Source: Gemmatimonadota bacterium
GTDB lineage: Bacteria; Gemmatimonadota; Gemmatimonadetes; Gemmatimonadales; GWC2-71-9
Assembly: GCA_039656555.1 (NCBI GenBank)
Contig: JBDHLU010000001.1
Coordinates: forward strand, 406-64,405
DNA length: 64,000 bases
Direction of reading: 5' to 3'
Positions within the stretch are counted from its first letter, which is position 1; the number at the start of each line of letters is the position of its first letter. Both the position numbers and the translations under genes were made by a program. The notes below the pieces were generated by a model, which worked only from the letters and a program-made list of their open reading frames with translations, was not told the DNA's origin and searched no databases. Positions 44,993 to 54,304 of this stretch are shown here, piece by piece.

Positions 44993-47070
44993 GCTTGTCT
45001 TTTCTGGCGCCAGCGTTCTTGGCCGGACTAGCTCTCATCTCCATTCCAATCTTGGTGCACCTCACGCACAGAGAGAAGAAGCAACCAGTGCTTTTCCCGT
45101 CGCTGATGTTCTTGCGGCGTGTGCCGTTCCGCACGGCCAAGCGCCAGCGCATTCGGCACTGGGTGTTGTTCTTGATGCGCGTGACCGCGATCGCACTCAT
45201 CGTTGCGGCGTTTGCGCGCCCGTTGCTCGATACGTCGACGCTGGGGCTCGCGGTTGTCGGGCAATCGCGCGAAGTGGTCGTCCTCCTTGATCGTTCCTAC
45301 AGCATGACGTACGGCGATCGGTGGGAGCGGGCGACGGGCGCTGCCGCCGCCGTGATTGACGGTTTGGGACCCGGTGATCGCGCGATGCTCGTTGCGTTTG
45401 CCGACAAGGCCGAAGTGATGACCACCGCTACCGCAGATCCAATCTCGTGGGGGGCGGCAATCGACAGGGTTGAGCCGGGTGGCGGGAGAACTCAATTGGG
45501 ACCGGCGGTTCAGCTTGCCCGTGATTTTCTCGAAGCTTCGGAACTGGCTATCCGTGAGTTGGTGCTCATTACCGATTTTCAACGCATTGCCTGGGACGGT
45601 ACGGACGCCGTACGTCTGCCGGGTGGCACGCAGATCCGAGCAGTCAACGTTGGCGATTCCAGTGCCACTAACGTTGCCGTCGCCGACGTTGCGATCCAGC
45701 GTTCCCGCGCGGGGGCCCGTGATCAAGTTCGCATCTCGTCCCGTGTGGTGAACCCGAGTGGGGTGGCCGTGACCCTGCCTGTTGCACTTACCCTGGACGA
45801 AGAGACGATCGAGACCCAGGAGGTAACAGTCCCGGCCTCTGGGGCGATCGTTGTGTCGTTCACGGCCCAGATGGTGCCAGACCGGGTTGCGTTGGGACGT
45901 GTCACCGTCGTGGCGGACGACGTGGCCGCCGACAACGTGTTCCATTTCGTGGTGGCGCCGATCGTTCCAGTTCGTATCCTCGTGCTTACGAGTCCGGCCG
46001 CGCGCGCCAGCGATGTGCTCTATGTACAGGAGGCTCTCGCGATCGGTAGCGATCCGCCGTTCGACGTGCAGATAAAGCGCGCGTCCGATTTTCGTGCCGC
46101 CGACTTGGATGGGTTGGACGCGGTTATGCTGGCCGATGCACCTCCCCCACAGGGAGCGAACGGGCAGGCCCTCGAGGGCTGGATCCGTGCCGGCGGCGGT
46201 CTCCTCGTGGCGTTGGGGCCACGGACCGGGCCCGGCGCGTGGCCGCCGGACGGGCGTGCGCTCATTGGTGGTGCCCCCGGAAAGGTTGTTGACCGTTTGG
46301 ACGACCGCGGCGCCACACTCTCCATCTTGAGCTATGAGCACCCGGTGTTCGAGCCTTTCGCGAAGCCGAGGAGCGGGGATTTTTCGGTGGCGCGATTCCT
46401 CCGATACCGTGAGTTCACCCCGGCCCCAGATCCCACGGGGGAGTCACACCGCATGTTGGTGCGTTTCGATGATGGTGGCCCGGCGATGTTCGAACGGCGC
46501 CTAGACCGAGGCAAGGTCTTGGTCTGGACCGGCGGAGTCGCCAATCTGTGGAGCGATCTCCCACTCAAACCCGTGTTTCTCCCCTTTATCCACCAAGTCG
46601 CGCGGTATCTTGGCTCCTACCGCGAGGAACGGGCGTCACACACCGTGGGCGCAGTGGCCCATATCGACGAAGCCAAAATGGCCGGCGACGACGCCGGCGA
46701 GATCGTAATCGAATCCCCGGCCGGAGACCGCGCTGCCGTGGTGGTGGATGGGAGTATCCCGGTGACATTGGATCAAGCGGGCTTCTACACAGCCCGACGG
46801 CTGGCCGGGGGTACCAATGAGGGTGTGGTCGTGGCAGCTAATCCCGACCCACGGGAAGCGGATCTGGCCATGGTCTCCACAGACGAGGTTCTCCTAGCTA
46901 TCCAGCCTGACGATGCTGCCGGCGAACGTACCGAAACGCTCGCGGCATCCCTCACCGCTGGCCAGAAGGAACGTCGGCAGGCACTTTGGTGGTATCTCTT
47001 GATAGCCGCTGGGGCTTTGTTACTCATGGAATCAACCCTTGCCCACCGCACCGCGGACGTGGTGAGGTAG
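44989..47070 (+). CDS. BatA-type protein: N-terminal double-TM aerotolerance-regulator domain + vWA/MIDAS domain, C-terminal TM
   Basis: The N-terminus MSLSFLAPAFLAGLALISIPILVHL is BatA-N type. MIDAS LLDRSYSM. C-terminal TM WWYLLIAAGALLLMEST. ATGA overlap with the DUF58 gene. Confidence 0.8.
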   Translation: MSLSFLAPAFLAGLALISIPILVHLTHREKKQPVLFPSLMFLRRVPFRTAKRQRIRHWVLFLMRVTAIALIVAAFARPLLDTSTLGLAVVGQSREVVVLLDRSYSMTYGDRWERATGAAAAVIDGLGPGDRAMLVAFADKAEVMTTATADPISWGAAIDRVEPGGGRTQLGPAVQLARDFLEASELAIRELVLITDFQRIAWDGTDAVRLPGGTQIRAVNVGDSSATNVAVADVAIQRSRAGARDQVRISSRVVNPSGVAVTLPVALTLDEETIETQEVTVPASGAIVVSFTAQMVPDRVALGRVTVVADDVAADNVFHFVVAPIVPVRILVLTSPAARASDVLYVQEALAIGSDPPFDVQIKRASDFRAADLDGLDAVMLADAPPPQGANGQALEGWIRAGGGLLVALGPRTGPGAWPPDGRALIGGAPGKVVDRLDDRGATLSILSYEHPVFEPFAKPRSGDFSVARFLRYREFTPAPDPTGESHRMLVRFDDGGPAMFERRLDRGKVLVWTGGVANLWSDLPLKPVFLPFIHQVARYLGSYREERASHTVGAVAHIDEAKMAGDDAGEIVIESPAGDRAAVVVDGSIPVTLDQAGFYTARRLAGGTNEGVVVAANPDPREADLAMVSTDEVLLAIQPDDAAGERTETLAASLTAGQKERRQALWWYLLIAAGALLLMESTLAHRTADVVR

Positions 47071-47090
47071 CCGCGAGAAGGAGCGACGTG

Positions 47091-50000
47091 ATGCTAGGTC
47101 TGTTTCATGAACCGCCTCCGCGCCCAACTGATTACAAATCGATGCTCGATATCATTCGGAGTGTCCGCACCCGGTGGCGCCTTCGCATTTTGCTTCGCGG
47201 GGTGGCCATCGTCTTCACAGTGGGCTTGGTCATCTTTCTGGTGGCCTCAGTTGGGTTGGAACAATTCCGCTTCTCTTCCGGTGCCGTCGTTGCATTCCGT
47301 ACTCTGGCGTATGTGTCTATCGGTGCGCTGATCTGGTTCTACCTCGTCAAGCCTCTATTCCGCAGGGTCTCCGACGAACGTGTGGCTCTGTATCTCGAAG
47401 AACACGAACCCTCACTGGAAGGGCAGGTAACCACCGCAGTGGAGTTTGGCGGCGTTCCTGGGATCGACGAGCGCGTGAACCTTTCGCCTCTGCTGGTGGA
47501 CCGCATGGTCCAACACGCTGTACGTGCCTGCAGCAAGATCGACGACGGCAAGCGAGTCGACCAGCGAGGGCTCCGTCGATCATCGGGTTGGTTGGCCGGG
47601 GCCACGCTAGTGAGCGCCGTACTGTTTCTGATGAGCCCGGAGGTCGTTCGTAATAGCGCACCGTTTTTGCTGCGACCGTTTGGAACTGGTGTGGGCAGTT
47701 CCCCATACTCGATCGCGGTGACACCCGGCGATACGACGATGCCCCGAGGGGCCGATCTCAAGATCACGGCGAATCTCGTGAACTTCAATGCGGACGCCGC
47801 GTATTTGTCGGTGCGAAACGGCGACGACCAAGATTGGCAGCGTTGGCCCATGACGCTGGATGCCGAAACGGGCACATTCGACTTCTTGATGTTCAGCGTC
47901 CAGAACGACGCGGAATTCCAGGTGGAGGCGAGCGGCGTGCGTTCGTCGAGCTTCCGCGTCAGTGTGGTCGATCTTCCTTACGTTGACCGGATGGACCACG
48001 AGTACCGATTCCCCGTGTACACTGGCCTCTCGCCCCAAACGTTCGAAGACGCGGGTGATATTGCGGCGCTTCGCGGCACCTCGGTGCTCTTGTCGATCAT
48101 GCCGACGATTCCCGTAGCGGCCGGCGCGGTCGTCGTTGACGAGCAGGATACCATCCCACTGGTGCAAGAGGCCGACCGGCTAACGGGTCAACTAAAGGTG
48201 AGTCGTAACGCGTCGTATCGTGTGCTCCTTACGAGTATCGATGGTGTCGAAGTCGTCGGCTCACCTGATTACTTTATCGACGCACTCGACGACCAAAGAC
48301 CAGCCATCAGGTTCAAGACCCCCGGGCGCGACATGAAGGTGACGAGCATCGATGAGGTGTTTACGGAGGTCACTGCCGAAGATGACTACGGCATTGAGAT
48401 GGTCGAATTCCTCTTTTCGGTAAATGGGGGCGAAGAACAGGTAATCACCCTGTTTGGACCGGGCGGATCCCGGTCGAATCTGACTGCCGGGCACACATTG
48501 TACCTCGAGGAGTTTGGCCTTCAGCCTGGTGATGTCGTGGCCTACTATGCCCGTACCCGGGATACGCGCCGCGTGGGCCAGCCACAAATGACCACGACGG
48601 ATATCTATTTCCTTGACATCCGTCCGTTCGATTGGCGATATCGGCAGGCCGAGCAGCAGGGTGGGGGCGGCGGCGGTGGGGAGCCGGCGATGAGCCCCGG
48701 GGAGTTGTCGCGACGGCAGCGAGAAATCGTCGCGGGGACGTTCAACCTCCGCCGGGATTCGCTCGACTACACGGTCGACGAACTTCGGGAACACCTTACG
48801 ACGCTGGCGCTTTCCCAAGGGCGGTTGCGGGAAGAAGTCGAAACGCTCGTGCGACGCCTCGAGGGGCGTCGGGTGGTGGAACTTGATTCGACATTCACCA
48901 CGGTCGCAGAGGAGCTTCCCAAGGCCATCTTGGCGATGGAAGAAGCCGAGGAACAACTCGGGCGGCAGCGGGCCGGCGACGCGCTTTCGCCGGAACAAGT
49001 GGCCTTGCAGCATCTCATGCGTGCCGAAGCCGCCTATAGGGAACGTGAAGTGAGCCAGGGTGGTGGTGGCGGTGGTGGTGGTGGTGGGCAAAATGCCACT
49101 GCTGAGGAACTCGCCGACCTGTTCGATCTCGAACTCGACAAGCTCCGGAATCAGTATGAGAGTGTCGAGCGTAGCGAACGGCAGCAGGTGGCCGAACAGG
49201 TCGACGAGACTCTGGAGCGTCTTCGTGAACTCGCAAGGCGCCAACAACAAGAAAATGAGCGGATGCGCGCGCGCGCGCAGAACCTGAACGCCGGTGGCGG
49301 GGGTGGTCAGGGGCAACGGAGCCTGGCCGATGAAACGGAGGAGTTGGCCAGGCAACTCGAGCGCCTGTCACGAGAGCAGCGACGTCCCGAACTCATGGAA
49401 ACGGTGCGTGAACTGCAGCAGGCTTCCGAGGCCATGCGCCGTGCGGCTGCCAACAATCAAAACGGGGGAGCGCAGGGTCAATCAGCCTTGGATCAACTTC
49501 GAGAAGCCCGACGACTGCTCGAAGAGAACCGGTCGGCCGGCCTTCGCCAGGAAGTTGATGACGCGTTGCGTCGCGCCGAACGGCTGGCCCAGGAACAGCG
49601 TGAGATGGCCGACAATGTGTCCCGGCTGCCGGACGAACCGGCGGCCCGTGATCGCGAACGGTTGCAACAGCTCGTCGCACGGAAGACAGAGATGGCGTCG
49701 GAGGTCAACGACCTCGAGGCTGAAATAGATCAGTTGTCTCGTGACGCTCGCAGCGAGCAGCCGGACGCGTCACAGCAATTGCGCGACGCAGCTCGAGAAA
49801 TGCGTGACACCCGTCTAGGAGACAAGATCATGTATTCGCGGGGAGTCATGCAGGCCCGGTCGAACGAGTACGCGGAGAACTTCGAGAATCAGATCCAAAA
49901 CGATCTCGATGGACTAGAAAGGCAGATACGCCAAGCGCGTGACGCGATCGGCGAATCACGGGATCAACGGCTCGAGGAAGCGCTCGACGAGGCCCGTGAC

Positions 50001-50624
50001 CTGGTGAATGCCCTGGAATCGATGGATGAACGCATGGAGGCTGCCCAGCAACGGAGCTTGGAACAGTCTGATCAGCAAGGGCAGCAGGGCCAACAAGGCC
50101 AACAAGGCCAACAAGGCCAACAAGGCCAACAAGGCCAACAAGGCCAACAAGGCCAACAAGGCCAACAAGGGCAGGGAGGACAGCAAGGGCAGCAGGGAGG
50201 CCAGGCCAATGATGGTACGGGCGGCGGGACTCCCGGTGGAGACCCGGTTCGCGGTGACGGACAGATCTCTCCGGATGATGCTCGTCAGTTTGCCCAAGAA
50301 ATGCAGGTGCGCAGGCGAGAGTTGGAATCGCTCCGGGAGCGGTTGATGGAGGCAGGCGTCGACGTTGGTGATCTAGATGACGTCCTGAGGCGGATGCGGG
50401 CGTTGGAAAATCACCGTGAAATCGGTGAGCCGCGCTCGCTGGCCGAACTCAAGGAGGCCATTATCCCCGGCCTCAAGGAGTTCGAATTCAAGTTGCGGAA
50501 GGAAGCGGGCGGGATCCAAGAGGACGTATTCCTTACGGGTTCGGGTGAGGTTCCGGAGGAATACCGCAAGCTGGTCGAGGAGTACTACAAGAACTTGGCG
50601 AAGCGCGGAGGCGGTGGGAACTAG
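47091..50624 (+). CDS. Large membrane-anchored coiled-coil / low-complexity protein (DUF4175-like), 1177 aa
   Basis: GAAGGAG RBS 7 nt before ATG 47091. Two N-terminal TM helices and VALYLEEHEP. The C-terminal half is E/R/Q-rich coiled coil interrupted by Gly runs (GGGGGGG, GGGGGGGGG, GGGGG) and a (QQG)n block. Confidence 0.7.
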   Translation: MLGLFHEPPPRPTDYKSMLDIIRSVRTRWRLRILLRGVAIVFTVGLVIFLVASVGLEQFRFSSGAVVAFRTLAYVSIGALIWFYLVKPLFRRVSDERVALYLEEHEPSLEGQVTTAVEFGGVPGIDERVNLSPLLVDRMVQHAVRACSKIDDGKRVDQRGLRRSSGWLAGATLVSAVLFLMSPEVVRNSAPFLLRPFGTGVGSSPYSIAVTPGDTTMPRGADLKITANLVNFNADAAYLSVRNGDDQDWQRWPMTLDAETGTFDFLMFSVQNDAEFQVEASGVRSSSFRVSVVDLPYVDRMDHEYRFPVYTGLSPQTFEDAGDIAALRGTSVLLSIMPTIPVAAGAVVVDEQDTIPLVQEADRLTGQLKVSRNASYRVLLTSIDGVEVVGSPDYFIDALDDQRPAIRFKTPGRDMKVTSIDEVFTEVTAEDDYGIEMVEFLFSVNGGEEQVITLFGPGGSRSNLTAGHTLYLEEFGLQPGDVVAYYARTRDTRRVGQPQMTTTDIYFLDIRPFDWRYRQAEQQGGGGGGGEPAMSPGELSRRQREIVAGTFNLRRDSLDYTVDELREHLTTLALSQGRLREEVETLVRRLEGRRVVELDSTFTTVAEELPKAILAMEEAEEQLGRQRAGDALSPEQVALQHLMRAEAAYREREVSQGGGGGGGGGGQNATAEELADLFDLELDKLRNQYESVERSERQQVAEQVDETLERLRELARRQQQENERMRARAQNLNAGGGGGQGQRSLADETEELARQLERLSREQRRPELMETVRELQQASEAMRRAAANNQNGGAQGQSALDQLREARRLLEENRSAGLRQEVDDALRRAERLAQEQREMADNVSRLPDEPAARDRERLQQLVARKTEMASEVNDLEAEIDQLSRDARSEQPDASQQLRDAAREMRDTRLGDKIMYSRGVMQARSNEYAENFENQIQNDLDGLERQIRQARDAIGESRDQRLEEALDEARDLVNALESMDERMEAAQQRSLEQSDQQGQQGQQGQQGQQGQQGQQGQQGQQGQQGQQGQGGQQGQQGGQANDGTGGGTPGGDPVRGDGQISPDDARQFAQEMQVRRRELESLRERLMEAGVDVGDLDDVLRRMRALENHREIGEPRSLAELKEAIIPGLKEFEFKLRKEAGGIQEDVFLTGSGEVPEEYRKLVEEYYKNLAKRGGGGN
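50088..50168 (+). repeat. Perfect 9-bp tandem repeat GGCCAACAA x9 (encodes QQG repeats) inside the large coiled-coil gene
   Basis: 81 bp of uninterrupted identical 9-mers, flanked by degenerate QQG/QGG codons that use different synonymous codons. Confidence 0.95.
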
Positions 50625-50659
50625 GGCCTCTACGCACTTCAGGCTGCCACGGGCATGTT

Positions 50660-52306
50660 GTGGGCCTTGCGCCTGTTGCGACAACCCACATCTTTGTCAG
50701 TTCGCAGCTTTCTCCAACACGGGAGCCCCCTCTGCGCCAACTCCGAATTGGAGTCATCGATCTCGTAACCAAGGGCCCGAACAAGTCGCTTTACGGCTGG
50801 GTGATGCACGCGAACACGGCGAGCATTATGCCCCAGGTCGTATCCACATGGTGCGAGCAAGACGGACACGACGTCACGTTCATTTGTTACACTGGGCGGG
50901 AGTCGATTGCAGACGAGCTGCCCGATAATGTCGACCTTGTCTTCATCAGCTCATTCACGCAAGCAGCGCAGTTGTCGTACGCCATCAGCGCGATGTGCCG
51001 GGCCCGCGGGGCGGTCACGGTGCTGGGCGGACCGCATGCGCGCTGTTATCCCGAGGACGCTGCGAACTACTTCGACTATGTCGTTGGATTTGCCAACCAG
51101 GGGATCATCCGTGACATCCTGAACGAATGTGGCGAGCACCGACCGCTCGGTATTCAACTCTCGGCCCCGGCACAACCGGAGACGTTACCGGGGGTCGAAG
51201 AGCGCTGGAAGTTCACCGAGAAGGCGCTTCAAAAAGCACCGCTCATCAAGATCGTACCGATGATCGGGAGCCTGGGCTGCCCCTATACGTGTAGTTTCTG
51301 CATCGATTCTGTAGTGCCATACCAGCCGTTGGACTTCGAAGTGTTGAGCAACGACTTGCGTTTTCTGCAGACGAAATTCAAGCGGCCGATAGTCGGATGG
51401 CACGATCCCAACTTTGGGGTTCGCTTCAATGATTACATGGACGCGATCGAGGATGCCGTGCCCGCTGGGTCGGTCGATTTCGTTGCCGAGAGCAGCCTAG
51501 CCCTGCTCGGGGAAGACCACTTGAAGCGACTGCAGCGCAACGGATTCAAGGCGATCCTTCCCGGAGTCGAGTCCTGGTACGACTTGGGGAACAAGTCCAA
51601 GACGGGAAAACGTGAGGGAATAGACAAGGTCCATCAAGTCTCGGAGCATATCGAATTGATCCATGAGTACATCCCGTATATCCAGGCCAATTTCGTGTTG
51701 GGATTGGACAGCGACGCTGGGGATGAGCCATTCGAGCTGACCAAGCGATTCATCGATCTTTCTCCAGGCGCGTTTCCGGGGTATTCCTTGCTATCAGCGT
51801 TTGGCCGGGCGGCCCCGCTCAATCTGGAATACCAGCGGAACGATCGCGTGCTTCCGTTCCCGTTCCATTTCCTGAACAACAATCACGCCATGAACGTGAA
51901 ACCGGCCAACTACTCATGGCCGGAATTCTACGATCACGTAATCGACCTGACGCGGTATTCGTTCTCGTGGCGTGCTATCGCGCGACGCTTCCGCGCCGTA
52001 CGAACCGCGATTCCACGTTGGATGAACGTCGTACGCGCTGTGTCGTCGGAGGGATTCGGTCGGTTGAAGTACTATCGAGAAGTCCGCCGTCGTCTGGACG
52101 AAGACCTGCCGCTCCGGCGCTACTTCGAGGGCGAGACCACCGATTTGCCAGCGTTCTTCTACGATCGTGTGAAACACGACCTCGGGACCATGTGGGAGTG
52201 GTTACCGAAGGGTGCGCTGTTCCACGACCCCAATGCCTACTTGAACGCCGAGGCTTCGGCGGCGCTCACGCCGCTCACGATCAAGGCGAGCGCACCGACG
52301 GGATAG
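50660..52306 (+). CDS. B12-binding-domain radical SAM protein
   Basis: N-terminal Rossmann-like B12-binding-type region (RIGVIDLV...DLVFISSF...VLGGPH). Radical-SAM cluster motif GCPYTCSFC (CxxxCxxC). The exact start is uncertain; 50660 is the only upstream in-frame ATG. Confidence 0.75.
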   Translation: MGLAPVATTHIFVSSQLSPTREPPLRQLRIGVIDLVTKGPNKSLYGWVMHANTASIMPQVVSTWCEQDGHDVTFICYTGRESIADELPDNVDLVFISSFTQAAQLSYAISAMCRARGAVTVLGGPHARCYPEDAANYFDYVVGFANQGIIRDILNECGEHRPLGIQLSAPAQPETLPGVEERWKFTEKALQKAPLIKIVPMIGSLGCPYTCSFCIDSVVPYQPLDFEVLSNDLRFLQTKFKRPIVGWHDPNFGVRFNDYMDAIEDAVPAGSVDFVAESSLALLGEDHLKRLQRNGFKAILPGVESWYDLGNKSKTGKREGIDKVHQVSEHIELIHEYIPYIQANFVLGLDSDAGDEPFELTKRFIDLSPGAFPGYSLLSAFGRAAPLNLEYQRNDRVLPFPFHFLNNNHAMNVKPANYSWPEFYDHVIDLTRYSFSWRAIARRFRAVRTAIPRWMNVVRAVSSEGFGRLKYYREVRRRLDEDLPLRRYFEGETTDLPAFFYDRVKHDLGTMWEWLPKGALFHDPNAYLNAEASAALTPLTIKASAPTG

Positions 52307-52312
52307 TAAGGG

Positions 52313-54112
52313 TTACCGGCCGGTAAGAATCCCTTGCCGAATCCGCCTGGTTTTGCCGCTCGCGGTTGGGTCTTCCTGAAGCCGGTAGCTCACGACCTCT
52401 TCATAACGCAGTACCCCTGGTAGGGTCAGCGTTTCCTCGTTTCGTAAGACGGTGATGTCGAGTGCCGTGCCGCCCGGCGCGTTGCCAAACCGCATTTGAA
52501 ACTGCTGGGCAAACGAGGGGTCGTTTACTTCGATGCCACCGATCTGCAATAGGTAGTCGTCTTCTTCGACGCCGGCGTCATCCGCCAAGGATTCCGGAGT
52601 CACTTCAACGATTTTGACTCCCGCCGAATCCGAGATCATCCCCATCCCGAAGGCGGGTACCGTGGCAGAGTCCACCAAGAGGCGCAAGCCGGCCAGGGCG
52701 AACGTCCGCTGATAGGGAAATGGATCGCGCCCGTCGATGTACCGTTCATGAAACTCTTGCACGTCGAGGCCTAAGGCAACGAGCTCGACCGCTTCCCAAA
52801 ACTGCGCCGTGGTGAACCCGGCGCCCGCCTGGTACGTGCTCTCGTACAACGCGCGCATGACGTCGTCGAGCGACGCGAGGTTGTTGGAAGCATCCCGAAT
52901 CAGGATGTCGAGAAGGAGCCCGGCGAGCGATCCCTTTGGGTAGTAGACATACGCCGTTCCGTCGACGGGATCGATCCACGTGTTGAGTGAGGCATCCTCC
53001 AGTGCGACCGTCCGTGTCGAGCCGACCTCGTCGATCTTTGCTGCTGTGAGTTGATAGAAGCTTTGAGGCGGGATGATCTGCCCCCTGACCAACGCAATAT
53101 CGGCGTAGTAGTCCGTGATTCCCTCGCTCATCCAGAGGAGTGTCGTCTCCTGAGTTTGGCTGTAGTCGTACGGAACCATTTCGGCGGGGCGCAGTCGTTT
53201 CACATTCCAAGCATGGAAGATTTCGTGCGCCGTAATCGATGCGAGCAACGGGTTTCGAATAAAACCGGGGTTGTAGATGCCGACGTGGGAGTTCGAGTGT
53301 TCGAGCGCCGACCCTCCAGGAGTTTCTTCAGTGAAGATGAGCAGCGTTGTATAGGTATCCCAGGGCGTCTCACCGAAAACATCGTGCATGGGCGGCATCA
53401 TCTGATGGATCTGTTCCCAGAGCAGTTCACGCCCGGGCCCCTGCATTGCCTGGGCAGGGTAGGTGGCAAGCCGGTTCCAAACACCGTCCACTTCGGCAGA
53501 GTCGACATCGATGCTGCCGATGAATACAGGCATGTCAACGAGTTCGTGATAGTCCACGGCAGTGAAGCCGCCCTGCCCGTTCGAGGTAAATCCCGAGGCA
53601 ACAAGCCAATCGGGTTCCGTAGTGAACGTGATGGTCGAAGCGAATGCTAGGTCATGCCCCTCCGGATACAGGAACACGTTCGTCCCGTTGAACATTACGA
53701 AGTCACTTTGCGCCCACGCCATAGCGTTGTCTAAGCTGTCGGCCCGATAGTCGAAACTCACGGCCAGCGATTGGTTCCCGTCAGGATGAATGCGCCACGT
53801 GTCGTAGTCGGCCTTGTCCCACCGCAGGTTTCGATCTTCGCCCGTCACCGTAAAGTCCAGAACGTTGCGGGCGAAATTTGAGATCTGGTAGGCACCAGGG
53901 GTCCAGGCTGGGAGCGAGAGCAATACGGCAGCGTCGCCCGACGTCTGGAAATGCATATCTACGTGGAGTGTGCCGGCTTCTGCCGTCTCACGGTCAAAGC
54001 GCACCGAGTAGGCGATATTGGTGACGGGGGCCGATACGGGCGTCTGTGCCTGCCCGGCGCTGGATAGCGCTACGATCAAAACGGCGACGGCTGACTGGCT
54101 GAATCCGAACAT
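52313..54112 (-). CDS. M61-family (glycyl aminopeptidase-like) metallopeptidase with C-terminal PDZ domain
   Basis: Signal peptide, HEIFHAWNVKRLRP (HExxH), MSEGITDYY, and a C-terminal PDZ-like region GMGMISDSAGVKIVEV...DDYLLQIGG. Confidence 0.8.
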   Translation of the reverse strand: MFGFSQSAVAVLIVALSSAGQAQTPVSAPVTNIAYSVRFDRETAEAGTLHVDMHFQTSGDAAVLLSLPAWTPGAYQISNFARNVLDFTVTGEDRNLRWDKADYDTWRIHPDGNQSLAVSFDYRADSLDNAMAWAQSDFVMFNGTNVFLYPEGHDLAFASTITFTTEPDWLVASGFTSNGQGGFTAVDYHELVDMPVFIGSIDVDSAEVDGVWNRLATYPAQAMQGPGRELLWEQIHQMMPPMHDVFGETPWDTYTTLLIFTEETPGGSALEHSNSHVGIYNPGFIRNPLLASITAHEIFHAWNVKRLRPAEMVPYDYSQTQETTLLWMSEGITDYYADIALVRGQIIPPQSFYQLTAAKIDEVGSTRTVALEDASLNTWIDPVDGTAYVYYPKGSLAGLLLDILIRDASNNLASLDDVMRALYESTYQAGAGFTTAQFWEAVELVALGLDVQEFHERYIDGRDPFPYQRTFALAGLRLLVDSATVPAFGMGMISDSAGVKIVEVTPESLADDAGVEEDDYLLQIGGIEVNDPSFAQQFQMRFGNAPGGTALDITVLRNEETLTLPGVLRYEEVVSYRLQEDPTASGKTRRIRQGILTGR

Positions 54113-54304
54113 GTAGGTACCTCGGTACTCCTAAAGAGGTTGGCGTCTCTGTCATATCCAGTTGCGCGGTAATTACCCGACTCAGCGGGTCGAGTTCAAG
54201 GGGGAGCATGCGGAAGCAGCGACGACGCGGTTGGGCTTGGTGGGGCTGATCTAGGGCCAGCTTGTCTATTGCCGCGTCGGCGAGCCGTATAGGTGCCTTA
54301 GGGG

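Noticed and set aside
45028-46341. Large antisense or alternative-frame ORFs. Examples:
- 45028-46341 (-), 437 aa
- 36981-38120 (-), 379 aa
- 48261-49355 (-), 364 aa
- 16843-17829 (+), 328 aa
- 9979-10992 (+), 337 aa
- 8844-9788 (+), 314 aa
- 1044-2003 (-), 319 aa
- 19905-20723 (-), 272 aa
- 57360-58196 (-), 278 aa
- 29487-30326 (-), 279 aa
   Set aside because: Each lies opposite to, or out of frame with, a gene that has clear family motifs. Their translations are Arg/Pro/Gly/His-rich with no motifs. These are typical shadow ORFs of GC-rich genomes.
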